Source of the DNA: a virus
Taxonomy: Duplodnaviria > Caudoviricetes
Length of the DNA: 64,000 nt
IMG/VR virus record: IMGVR_UViG_3300032038_000001
Location: 128,001-192,000 of that record
Strand: one strand, 5' to 3'
Below are positions 40,695-50,479 of the stretch, in pieces. A program made the position numbers and the translations under genes. The notes beneath the pieces were generated by a model. That model searched no databases. It had not been told where the DNA came from and saw nothing but the letters and a program-made list of their open reading frames with translations. The stretch's first letter is position 1, and each line of letters starts with the position of its first letter.

Positions 40695-41429
40695 TCACAT
40701 TTTAATGATTTGTTCAATTGGGGACTGAGCTTCTGGGATCTTATCTCTAGACCTATTTAAAGATGAAGTAATCATACTGTCAATATCTTCAAATGTTACT
40801 GCGGTGAAAGTTGACGTGTATTGGCATATCTGTCGAACTGATGCCATTTTATAATCATATAACGATACACCTTTAGGGTCTTTACCAATTACATGAGCAA
40901 ATTTACTTGACGGATTATTTTTATCACGATATGATGCTGATAATATTAGTTCTTCAATAACTGAAGGAACACCGAGATTTACACCATTCATTTGTTGATT
41001 TTTTCTCCATAGAGTAATAGACTTATCATATGGAACCGATGCAGGTATTTTACCTTTAAGAATAAAGTCCAGATAAGTTTCAGCGTTTGTACTATCCTCA
41101 ATAACCGAACTTTCCATAACTTTATTACCATGGAAGAATTTTAAAACCTTACATGATACTGGAACAGGTTCTCCGGGTAATTCAACTCTTCGTATTTCAT
41201 AGTCATAGACATAAATGTTTATCCATGACGGAAGATTCAATATCTTCATTTCTTTTAATTGACCATTCTCATAAAAACCTATATTAAATATTCCAAGAAC
41301 TTTAATAACTTGACCAGCATCTTCTGCAAATTTACCTGATGTATCAAAATAATCCATTGGTATATAAAACTCACAGTATGGTCTTTCAAGATAAATAAAT
41401 TTTTGGTCTGATCTAAAATAACTACTCAT
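40695..41429 (-). CDS. probable RNA polymerase beta' C-terminal fragment (virion RNAP subunit)
   Basis: NGVNLGVPSVIEELILSASYRD and SVRQICQYTSTFTAVTFEDIDSMI resemble beta' C-terminal QGVKINDKHIEVIVRQM and region H ESFISAASFQET; late promoter at 41461-41472. Confidence 0.55.
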   Translation of the reverse strand: MSSYFRSDQKFIYLERPYCEFYIPMDYFDTSGKFAEDAGQVIKVLGIFNIGFYENGQLKEMKILNLPSWINIYVYDYEIRRVELPGEPVPVSCKVLKFFHGNKVMESSVIEDSTNAETYLDFILKGKIPASVPYDKSITLWRKNQQMNGVNLGVPSVIEELILSASYRDKNNPSSKFAHVIGKDPKGVSLYDYKMASVRQICQYTSTFTAVTFEDIDSMITSSLNRSRDKIPEAQSPIEQIIKM

Positions 41430-41545
41430 TTCTTATACCTCCTTTCACAAGAAGAGTTCTTAAGATTCTGTTTTATTTATCAATGATAATACAAAAAAAG
41501 AGAGATGAAGATATTGTCTTCATCTCTCTAAAAAATACTATATAT

Positions 41546-42808
41546 TTATTCTTCTATGTTGTCAGTTACTGAATTTTCGGGCTCATCAAAAGCCTCATCA
41601 GTAACGGTATCATCAATATCATTTTCTTCTTTCTTCTCAGGAAGCTGTTCCTTTATCATTTTATCAAGTGACTCATTCAAGTACTGTTGAAGTTCATCAG
41701 CAGATGCATTGGGATCATAATCAGTTATCTTCATTTCATTCATTTTATTAATAAGGAGTTCACGTCTCTCCTTATTGTAACGATTATCTGATTCAATTCT
41801 TGTTGGATGATTAGGTGCTGTTTCATTATTTTTCTCAAAATATTCTCTATATTCATCAAAGTAAGATACAACCTTTCTGATTATAGAAACAAAATTATCC
41901 TCTGATGTAGTTGAATCAAATCTATGATAAATAAGATTTGTCATAGATGTTACCATGGCATGTACATAGAGCTTATCAGTCTTATTATATGGATCATAAT
42001 GAACAACTGCTCTCATAAATATAAACAGGAAAAGATTATTAAAACAATGATATTCTTCCTCAAGGAAATTCTCCTCAAGATTTAAGAAATATCTATAAAG
42101 TTTATGGTCAAAACCAAACTTAATAATTTTCTTTTTATATCTATCAACAATTTCTTTTCCAAGTTTTGCATCAAAAAATGCATTCTTAATTGATTTAATT
42201 TCTTTAGAACCTATTGAATTAAATCTTTCGAAAATAAATGAAAGAGTTTGTGATGCTTCTATTGCATTTATTTCTCGCATCATCTTTCTTTTTTTACCCT
42301 CGTCAGACTCCTTTTCAACAGCTTCTTTTAATGTATTAAGACGCTGAATTCTAACTTCTTTTGCTTTAGATGATGATGCATAATTAAAATATTCTTCAAG
42401 TATTTCTTTCGAATCTTTACGAATATTATCAGCCTCAATCTTAGCCGAAAGAATATTTAATGAAGTCTCTTTAACAGCATCCATAACTTCTAATGGATCA
42501 TGTTCATCATTGATATTAATATTATATTTATGAGCTTTAAGAAACTTTGCAGCATCTTCTTTACTCATTTCCTTTATATCATTTTTAGTTATTGGAATTA
42601 TATCTATAAGCGTTTCCGGCTTAAGATCATATGCAGTATGAATTGTCTCTTCACCTAAAGACTTCAATGTTTTATACTGATCTTCCATTTCATTAATAAG
42701 ATCAACTATAACCTTATAATTCATAGGATTGGATTCATTTTCCTCTGAATTGATAATTTCTGAGTTAATGGTATTTTCTTCAATAGACATAATCATGTCT
42801 CCTTTCAA
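41546..42808 (-). CDS. hypothetical protein
   Basis: ~414-420 aa, AAAGGAG RBS. Confidence 0.7.
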   Translation of the reverse strand: MKGDMIMSIEENTINSEIINSEENESNPMNYKVIVDLINEMEDQYKTLKSLGEETIHTAYDLKPETLIDIIPITKNDIKEMSKEDAAKFLKAHKYNININDEHDPLEVMDAVKETSLNILSAKIEADNIRKDSKEILEEYFNYASSSKAKEVRIQRLNTLKEAVEKESDEGKKRKMMREINAIEASQTLSFIFERFNSIGSKEIKSIKNAFFDAKLGKEIVDRYKKKIIKFGFDHKLYRYFLNLEENFLEEEYHCFNNLFLFIFMRAVVHYDPYNKTDKLYVHAMVTSMTNLIYHRFDSTTSEDNFVSIIRKVVSYFDEYREYFEKNNETAPNHPTRIESDNRYNKERRELLINKMNEMKITDYDPNASADELQQYLNESLDKMIKEQLPEKKEENDIDDTVTDEAFDEPENSVTDNIEE

Positions 42809-42844
42809 TAAAAAATTATAGTAACGTTATAATGATAATAAAAC

Positions 42845-42883
42845 CGTATATTCAAAATAAATACATATATATTATTTTTTTGC
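42845..42883 (+). promoter_or_regulatory. early-type phage promoter
   Basis: CGTA-N17-TATATATTAT with identical spacing. Confidence 0.55.
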
Positions 42884-43114
42884 ATAAAAATAATACAAAT
42901 AAAAAATAATGGTTTTAGAGGATACGAACCATTATTCGTATTATTATCTATTTACGGGATACTTAAAAAAATAAGGAGGTGGATAAAATGTATCCTGATT
43001 TTAACGACACAGACATCGTGATTGAATAATTTCAATCACAACATGAAACCGTAAATAGATATGTAAAAAGATACAATATAATCGAGAGTAAAGATTATAT
43101 TGTATCTTTTTTTT
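42880..43114 (+). ncRNA. candidate structured RNA enclosing SD and 13-codon mini-ORF (MYPDFNDTDIVIE, 42988-43029)
   Basis: 13-bp stem 42945-42957/43049-43061 encloses AAGGAGGT and the ORF; 5' hairpin; terminator 43065-43114. Confidence 0.6.
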
Positions 43115-43115
43115 G

Positions 43116-43513
43116 TTAAAATCCGTTTATATTATTGAAAAAGCTCAGGTCTATAGAACCATCTGTATCATCGTCCATCTGTTCAATTATTTCTCCAGGT
43201 GTATTATTATAAACCGTGTTTTGAATTTCACCAGCTTTTACTAGTTTATATGTATCTTTCTGTGCTTTAATAGCAGCTTCTTTCATTAACTGTTCCCATT
43301 GTTTCTGTTGTTCTATTTGTTGCTCTTGTTTTTTTACCGACTCTATCAACCTAGGATCAACTAATGATGGATCGATTTCAGAAGCATGTTTCAATCCTTT
43401 ATTCTGTTCATCTTCGTTTAATTTACCTTTAATAATTCCAAATACAGGGAGATTATTACCATGATAGTAAACATAAAGGCACATTAGATAGCTCATTACA
43501 GAGTCATCATGAA
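43116..43513 (-). CDS. terL: terminase large subunit, exon 2
   Basis: Splicing restores AGPG-F-HDDSVMSY nuclease motif; spliced CDS 1732+398=2130 nt, 709 aa. Confidence 0.88.
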
Positions 43514-44701
43514 CAATATAGACTATATCATCATCTTCATATTCTATTATCAAATATGAAGAGCTCCCCATTTCGTTTTAATAGAATTACATATGGCTAA
43601 TATCACCATAAAACTAACCTATAAATAGGCACTACTCTACTCACTTCTTTACTTAAGTATTTCTCTTAAGCTATGCTTTCGATAGTCGTTGAACCTTGCT
43701 CTTAATAAGAGCCTTGGCTGCGGATTGTCTCTATTCTTAACCTTTTTACTATACCTAAGGAATTACCCTTCGCCACTAATATAAATATTAGTTTAGTAGT
43801 TAAGACCTAACGAGAGTTCCCCGCAATTAAAGGAGTTTATCCCGGTCCTCATGATGACTGTTTTTAATTTTTGATTTTATATATTTAACTCGTCCCCTAT
43901 TAAGTTCGGTATATTCCCAACCCATTTTTATCACCGTCTCTTTAACAGAATGATTTTTTAATAATCTTTCAATTTTTTTTATTTCTTCATATGATAAAAT
44001 GGAACTGAATTTTCTAATCTTTGGGAAATTGTAATTTTTACTAATAGATTTCCAGGTATCTCCACGCCTTATGTGTAATATAAAATCATACCCATATCCA
44101 TATTTAGCTTGGATTTTTTTAGGTGACATACCGGATTCTAAAAGTTCACATACTTTTTTAACATCTTGCTTTGTATGTGTAGATAAATTACATGTTTCAG
44201 AACCAACTATATTTGGACTTTTTAAACCATTTTTATATGCCCTAGAATTATTTTCTGAATAGGTACACCATTCTAAATTGTCTAATTTATAATTCATTTT
44301 ATTTCCATCCAGATGATCTATCACAGAATAATTGTGAGGATTTTCAATAAATGCGTTAGCAACTAGTCGGTGTATGGTTTTAGTTTTATATTTACCTTTT
44401 TTACCTAGTTGTATATTGATAGCCGGATATTGTAAACTTCTGGAGGATGGATTCATGTTAATCTTAAGTTTTTTATTAGTCTTAATATTATATACATTTC
44501 CATCCTGTGTTATCATATAATTCGTATCTTTATCATTTATAGTTATTATTTTACCAATGACACCATTTTCGAGTAATATTAATGATGAATAAAAACACGA
44601 ATCATAATTTCTGATAATATAAATATATGACATTAAATCAACTCCTATTAAATAATTATTGACTTGTTGTGCATGTATTTATCCAGATTACATTTTTTTT
44701 G
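43514..44701 (-). mobile_element. group I intron in terL (1188 nt), endonuclease ORF in the P1 loop
   Basis: P1 CCCGGUU/GACCGGG; 12-bp P10 AGUCAUCAUGAG/UUCAUGAUGACU; core closely similar to beta' intron 1. Confidence 0.9.
43827..44633 (-). CDS. intron-encoded HNH homing endonuclease
   Basis: YMITQDGNVYN, TIHRLVANAFI, IDHLDGNKMNYKLDNLEWCTYSEN; AGGAG RBS; internal AACA-N6-TA at 44657-44668. Confidence 0.9.
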   Translation of the reverse strand: MSYIYIIRNYDSCFYSSLILLENGVIGKIITINDKDTNYMITQDGNVYNIKTNKKLKINMNPSSRSLQYPAINIQLGKKGKYKTKTIHRLVANAFIENPHNYSVIDHLDGNKMNYKLDNLEWCTYSENNSRAYKNGLKSPNIVGSETCNLSTHTKQDVKKVCELLESGMSPKKIQAKYGYGYDFILHIRRGDTWKSISKNYNFPKIRKFSSILSYEEIKKIERLLKNHSVKETVIKMGWEYTELNRGRVKYIKSKIKNSHHEDRDKLL

Positions 44702-46433
44702 AACCGGGTCCGGCTTCAATTTTACCAGATGATGTCCTTATCAATCTCGATATATCTCTTGTTATGTTTTGAGTAATAAATTTTTCTTTATATTCTTGAA
44801 CATGTCTTACTAGAATAGCCATCATATCTTCACGAGATTTGGTACCTGTATAAACTCCATAATATGATTTCATTGATGCTTGTTTTTTAAGCATGGATTC
44901 AATAGTACCAGATGCTATCGCATTATCTTCAACTAAATCTTTAGCTCTATCATAATAAAGATTTGCACGTATTCTACTATTAAGAAGATGGTCTATAATA
45001 GAATCACCAACACTATTTCTTTCGATACATAATACTGCTCTAGGTAAAATACTTATTAGTTCTATAAGCAATGCCTCAAATTTTGTTTCACCAATATATG
45101 AACATTCAAATTCAGCTTCTACTTCTAACGTATATGGATTTAATATTGTAATAGCATTATTATCTCCGTTAGTTCCCGTTGAACAGTCAACGCCGATAAG
45201 ATAAGCTGTGCGTGGATTGAGTTTTTTGTATATATCAAATCTATAATATTCAAGTAACCACATTTCATCTATTGGTTTATGAGCAATCTCAATAAGATAT
45301 TGAATATCTTCTTGATTAAATGGAGAAAGTGATGAACCGTGTAATCTTTGAAGTAGTATTTCACGTCTTACTGTCAAGGGATCTCCAATTTTAGCAGATA
45401 TATTTTTTAACCAATCTTCAGTTAGTCCTATTTGATAATACTGATATTCTATATAAAGAATCTTGTTACAATCTTTACCTTGTGAATCTATGTATTCCTG
45501 TATTTCTTCTTCGGTCATATCATAAAGACGTTCGGTCCATTTAGCAGTCTTATCTAAAATCTCCTGTGCCTCTTGACCAGCGGGTGAATCAAGATCTCCA
45601 GGTGTGCTAGTAAATATACGAGCATACATAGCACCATTCGCTTTAGCTCTAGCTGCTGCAGTTTCATATGTGGATACTGAGTTTGCTACTATAGTTTTTA
45701 TATGAGGTGTAAACTCAGCCTCATCGAAATGCTGTATTGGCGATGTAAGACCTCTAGCTAATGATAATGCTGTATCATATGATGTTGCTTTAGCTTTAGT
45801 GATAATAGTATTACCATTTATAGGATGTCCCATTTTTGTAGCATTATTAGTTGCTTTTGTAACCTTGCCATCATCATCAGTAAATGATTCAAATCTTAAA
45901 TATTCAGGTAAAAATCTTATTTGGTCACCAGTTCTCTTAAGATTTGTTTTACTATCTTCACCTGATTTATTTATGTATATAAATTGAGATTGTGAAGTAC
46001 CAAATGAGTACATCCATGTTTCCATAGCAATTGCTGACTGCGTTTTACCTTGTTGACGTGTTAAATTTAACCACGAGTCTAAACCATGTAAAATACACCA
46101 TGCCTGTGCAATATTACCTCTATTTGCCTTATATGGCACAGCAGTACCACCTGGATCAGGAATTCTGGATATTTCACGAAGATAATACCAAGGATTTCTC
46201 ATACATTCTGTCATAATTCTAGTTATTTGATCTTGCGTTAAATTAGTATGACCATCAGGTCCAACAGAGAACGGGTTAATATTTACCAAACTATAATCAT
46301 ATATCTCAAGCATAAAATAGCAATTTTTGATTCCAACTGTTTGTAAATCTTTTGCAACCTGCAAAAATGACCTATTCTGTGTTCCTAAGTCATATAACTT
46401 ATCATCTATTCTTGCAATACGAGATTTAGCCAT
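44702..46433 (-). CDS. terL: terminase large subunit, exon 1
   Basis: Walker A TRQQGKT, Walker B HFDEAEF, motif III STPG, nuclease IGVDCSTG and IERNSVG. Confidence 0.92.
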
Positions 46434-46571
46434 ATTTTTCTCCTTTCAAAAAATATTGATTATAATAAAGTATTTATGTTTAAAAAATAAACGATACGAA
46501 TGGTATGTCAATCCATTCGTATCGTTTAAATATTAAGATAAAACTTCGGAGGTACTTTTTATATTTTTGTT

Positions 46572-47510
46572 CTATTCATCAATTATCACGCATATACTAT
46601 TTTTCAGATGATTCTGAATAAACTGTTGATGTGTAAACTTTTCACCATCATCTTCTTTTGATATATATTCAGTTGTAATCTTGGGTATCAAATCAAGAAT
46701 ATAATATCCAATATCACTATCACATATATCATGAATATTAACTTCAAATGCTATATGAGTATCATTTGGCATAGTTTTCTTAAGTGTACTTAAAATCTTA
46801 CAAAGATGTTTATTTTTGCCTACAGAGAATCCAAAATAGTTTCCAAAATATTTTGTCTCATCATCATTCTTAAAATTGATATTGTCAATCCCACAAGATA
46901 ATGATTTATTAATATTTCCTGCAGTAATAGCATGATAAAAATTCATAGTAAGTAGTCTTGGTATTACAGCGCTATTAATGCTTGAATATGTTTCGAAATC
47001 ATCCTGTAAATCACTAAGATGATTTACAATATCATTTTCATCGGTTATGATGTGCATATAAGGTGTACTATTATAATGAAACAGAAAATCATAAAGACAA
47101 AGTAATTGTAGCGTTACTATTCGCATTTCTGATTTCTTTGTATCACCAACTACAAAAAAAGGTATCTTATTTTCGTAACACCAAATCATGAGTAATGATG
47201 TTTTATTTAGAGGAAATTGCATTGAATGATCATACGTACTGTCTTGCCCTATAATTGGTATACGCACAATCTCTCTAAAGAAAAACCATATATTTTTTTT
47301 ACATTCTGATAGAATCATATCATAATAACTTCGTCCAGATATTGGGTCTGATTCTGGCATATTTTGATAATCAAAATCTAGTAACGATTTATTCTCAGTT
47401 TTGAGTATTTCTGATGAACCAACATAGTTTATTCCTTTATCCTGTAGTTCATAAAACATATTCTGAAATGTTTTATTTTTAGTATTTTTATCAATATACA
47501 TATTATACAC
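46572..47510 (-). CDS. degenerate paralog of the terminase N-terminal domain
   Basis: NKTFQNMFYELQDKGIN and ILSECKKNIWFFFREIVRIP match TerL NRSFLQVAKDLQTVGIK and IMTECMRNPWYYLREISRIP; no Walker A/B. Confidence 0.7.
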   Translation of the reverse strand: MYNMYIDKNTKNKTFQNMFYELQDKGINYVGSSEILKTENKSLLDFDYQNMPESDPISGRSYYDMILSECKKNIWFFFREIVRIPIIGQDSTYDHSMQFPLNKTSLLMIWCYENKIPFFVVGDTKKSEMRIVTLQLLCLYDFLFHYNSTPYMHIITDENDIVNHLSDLQDDFETYSSINSAVIPRLLTMNFYHAITAGNINKSLSCGIDNINFKNDDETKYFGNYFGFSVGKNKHLCKILSTLKKTMPNDTHIAFEVNIHDICDSDIGYYILDLIPKITTEYISKEDDGEKFTHQQFIQNHLKNSICVIIDE

Positions 47511-47616
47511 TTCCTATTTAAAAAATTTTAAAGAAGTGTATTAGATAATTTTCATATTTATACACAAAAAAAAAACAAATTGATAAAGTTATTATACTTG
47601 AAAGGACTGATTCTTA

Positions 47617-48345
47617 ATGACTACTAATATTATTGATGATATTATATTTGAAAAATATAATGAAGGTAAGTTATCTGAAGATAAGATGCTACTTTTATTA
47701 GAAGCAAGTAATACAAATAAAGAAGAAATAAAAAGAATAAAAGAAAAGATAAAGAAGAAAGAAAAACTTAGTGAAGCCGAGAAAAAGAAATATGAAATGT
47801 ATAAAAAGTCAAGAAATAAAAAGATAGCAATTGGCGTTGGTATTGGTGCTGCTGGTATAGCTGCTGCTGGTATAGCTGTAAATCATCGTCTAAAAGAAGA
47901 AGATAAAGCTTTACAAGAACAAATTAAACGGTCTCATGAGCACGATGAACAAGAAAGAAAGAAGCGTGAAAAAGAAAGATTAGAACTAAAGGAACAGGAA
48001 AGAAAAAAACGAGATGAAAATGAAAGAATTAGAAATGATAACGCTGATTTGATTAACCAACTTCAAAAAGAAATAAGGATGTATACCAGAGATTTATTTG
48101 CCAATAAAGAGCTCCTTAGAAAAATCGAAAACCAACTTGATGAAACAGATAAAGAAATTAATAACATGAGGAATAAGATGGGTCCTAATGAGTCAGTAAA
48201 TAGCGTATATAAAGATACGATAGCTGGTCTTGAACGTTCAAAAGAACGTATATATAAAGCTTATAGTGAAACTAAAAAAGCTATAGAGAAATGTGAAACG
48301 GAAATATGGAGACGTAATAACAAGTTAGACAAAATTAATCCATAA
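47617..48345 (+). CDS. late coiled-coil protein with hydrophobic helix
   Basis: IAIGVGIGAAGIAAAGIAV; AACA-N6-TA at 47574-47585. Confidence 0.7.
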   Translation: MTTNIIDDIIFEKYNEGKLSEDKMLLLLEASNTNKEEIKRIKEKIKKKEKLSEAEKKKYEMYKKSRNKKIAIGVGIGAAGIAAAGIAVNHRLKEEDKALQEQIKRSHEHDEQERKKREKERLELKEQERKKRDENERIRNDNADLINQLQKEIRMYTRDLFANKELLRKIENQLDETDKEINNMRNKMGPNESVNSVYKDTIAGLERSKERIYKAYSETKKAIEKCETEIWRRNNKLDKINP

Positions 48346-48483
48346 AAAATAGATTGATAAGTAATAAAAACTTTTAATCAATTTATATAACTTATGGTTA
48401 CTAAATAAGAATAAGCTAGGAGAATTTAATTCTCCTAGCTTATTCTTTTATATAATTAATTATTTTTTTAGTTAATCTAGTTA

Positions 48484-49380
48484 TTAAATCAACCCAGACG
48501 CTTTTCCTTTATTTAATTCCATATTAATTCCATTTAAGATATTTATTATTATACGTGTTAAAAAACTTGAAATTTTCTTTACGAATTCAGAAAATTTAGC
48601 GGTAACCTTTTGCATTACACTTATTTTCTTATTAGCCGTGCCAGATTCATCTATCTTCTTATTAGCCGTGCCAGATTCATTAATCTCAACATCATCAACT
48701 TTAGCTTCTGTTTGTTTCTGTAATTTACGAACATGTTTATCAGCATCTTCCATCATAGCTATTAAACGCTTATTATTCTCTTCAATGATTGACATATCAC
48801 AGCATATTCCAATAGACTGCCAATCTTCAGATGTCCAATTGAAAAATGCATCAACACTACCGATATTTTTTGATCTAAGAATAGATTCAGCTTCTTTTTC
48901 ATACTTAGAAAATATTTCATCAGCTTCAGAAGCGGATGAGCTATTTAAAATAGCAGTTGCAGTCTTTTCGCTTAATCGTGATATTTTAACATATGCATCT
49001 TCAGCATTTTTTATCATTTTCATTACATATTTAGCCGCATCCTTGTTCATTGTTCCACTTTTAACCATATCTTTAAACTGTTCTTTTTTAATCTTATTTA
49101 ATTCTTTAAATCCCTTTTTCAGTTTTATATCAGCCATTTTTTCTCGAATGGATGTAATACACTTATTAATAAAATCACGAATAGCCTTAATTATAGCATT
49201 AAATGTTTTCTTAATCTTCTCTTTAACTTCAGCAGTACCTTCATACATAACACTTTCTGAATATATAGCAGACTCGACAGTATAAACGCCCAGGGCATAT
49301 TCAAAGAATGTATTAATCTTAGCAAGATTAATATCAAATTCTTTCTCATAAATAGATAATTCTTTCATGATTATAAACAC
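48484..49380 (-). CDS. putative internal head protein, paralog A
   Basis: 298 aa, highly similar to 49527..50444; N-terminal YSES/MYEG motifs. Confidence 0.7.
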   Translation of the reverse strand: MFIIMKELSIYEKEFDINLAKINTFFEYALGVYTVESAIYSESVMYEGTAEVKEKIKKTFNAIIKAIRDFINKCITSIREKMADIKLKKGFKELNKIKKEQFKDMVKSGTMNKDAAKYVMKMIKNAEDAYVKISRLSEKTATAILNSSSASEADEIFSKYEKEAESILRSKNIGSVDAFFNWTSEDWQSIGICCDMSIIEENNKRLIAMMEDADKHVRKLQKQTEAKVDDVEINESGTANKKIDESGTANKKISVMQKVTAKFSEFVKKISSFLTRIIINILNGINMELNKGKASGLI

Positions 49381-49526
49381 TCCTTGTTTAAAAATATTTA
49401 TATTATTGTCATTTTTATCCCATCACTGAAGAAATTATATTTTTTAATCAATTCATGTAACTTGCGGTTACTAAATAAAAAATAAGCTAAGAGAATTAAA
49501 TTCTCTTAGCTTATTCTTTTTTACAA

Positions 49527-50444
49527 TTAATTATCTTCAGTCTGTTTTGTTTGTCTTGATTGTTTAGGTTGTTTAGTTTTTAACACGTAACCTTTCCTTT
49601 CAGTTAAAACCATATTAATTCCACGCATGATATTTATTGTTATACGTGTTAAAAGGCTTGAAATTTTCTTTACAATTTCAGAAAATTTAGCGGCAATCTT
49701 TTGTATTACAATTATCTTTTCATTAGCTACACCAGAATCATCAATCTCAGCATCATCAACTTTAGATTCTGCCTGTTCCTTTAATTTTTGAACATGATCG
49801 TTGGCATCACGCATCATAGCTGTTAAACGTTTATTATTCCCTTCAATGATTGACATATCACAGTATATTCCAATAGACTGCCAATCACTAGATGTATAGT
49901 TGCTAAATACTGTAACATCACCAGTAATTTGTTCTGATTTAAGAATAGATTCGCACTCTTTTTCATACTTAGCTAATATTTCATCAGCTTCAGCAATGGA
50001 TGAACTATTTAAAGTATCAGCTACAGACTTTTCGGTTAATCGTGATATTTTAACGTATGCATCTTCAGCATTTTTTATCATTTTCATTATATCTTTAGCG
50101 GCATCCTTGTTCATTTTTCCACTTTTAATCATATCTTTAAACTGTTCTTTTTTAATCTTGTTAAATTCTTTAAAACCTTTTTTCAGTTTTGCGTCAGCCA
50201 TCTTTTCTCGAATAGATTCGATACACTTATTGATAAATTCATGAATAGCCTTAATTATGGCATCAAATGTTCTCTTAATTTTCTCTTTAACCTCAGCGGT
50301 ACCTTCATATATGACACTTTCTGAATATATAGCAGACTCTGCAGCGTAAACGCCGAAAGCATATTCAAAGAATGTATTAATCTTACCAAGGTTAATATCG
50401 AATTCTTTTTCATAAATAGTTAATTCTTTCATGGTTATAAACAC
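49527..50444 (-). CDS. putative internal head protein, paralog B
   Basis: 305 aa tandem duplicate, including promoter and terminator. Confidence 0.7.
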   Translation of the reverse strand: MFITMKELTIYEKEFDINLGKINTFFEYAFGVYAAESAIYSESVIYEGTAEVKEKIKRTFDAIIKAIHEFINKCIESIREKMADAKLKKGFKEFNKIKKEQFKDMIKSGKMNKDAAKDIMKMIKNAEDAYVKISRLTEKSVADTLNSSSIAEADEILAKYEKECESILKSEQITGDVTVFSNYTSSDWQSIGIYCDMSIIEGNNKRLTAMMRDANDHVQKLKEQAESKVDDAEIDDSGVANEKIIVIQKIAAKFSEIVKKISSLLTRITINIMRGINMVLTERKGYVLKTKQPKQSRQTKQTEDN

Positions 50445-50479
50445 TCCTTATTTAAAAATATTTATATTATTGTCATTTT

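Noticed and set aside
43514-43571. N-terminus of the 151-aa ORF 43116..43571
   Set aside because: Intron P8/P7 sequence; the real coding part is terL exon 2
46469-46480. Late promoter for terL
   Set aside because: AACA-N6-CT does not fit the consensus; left uncalled
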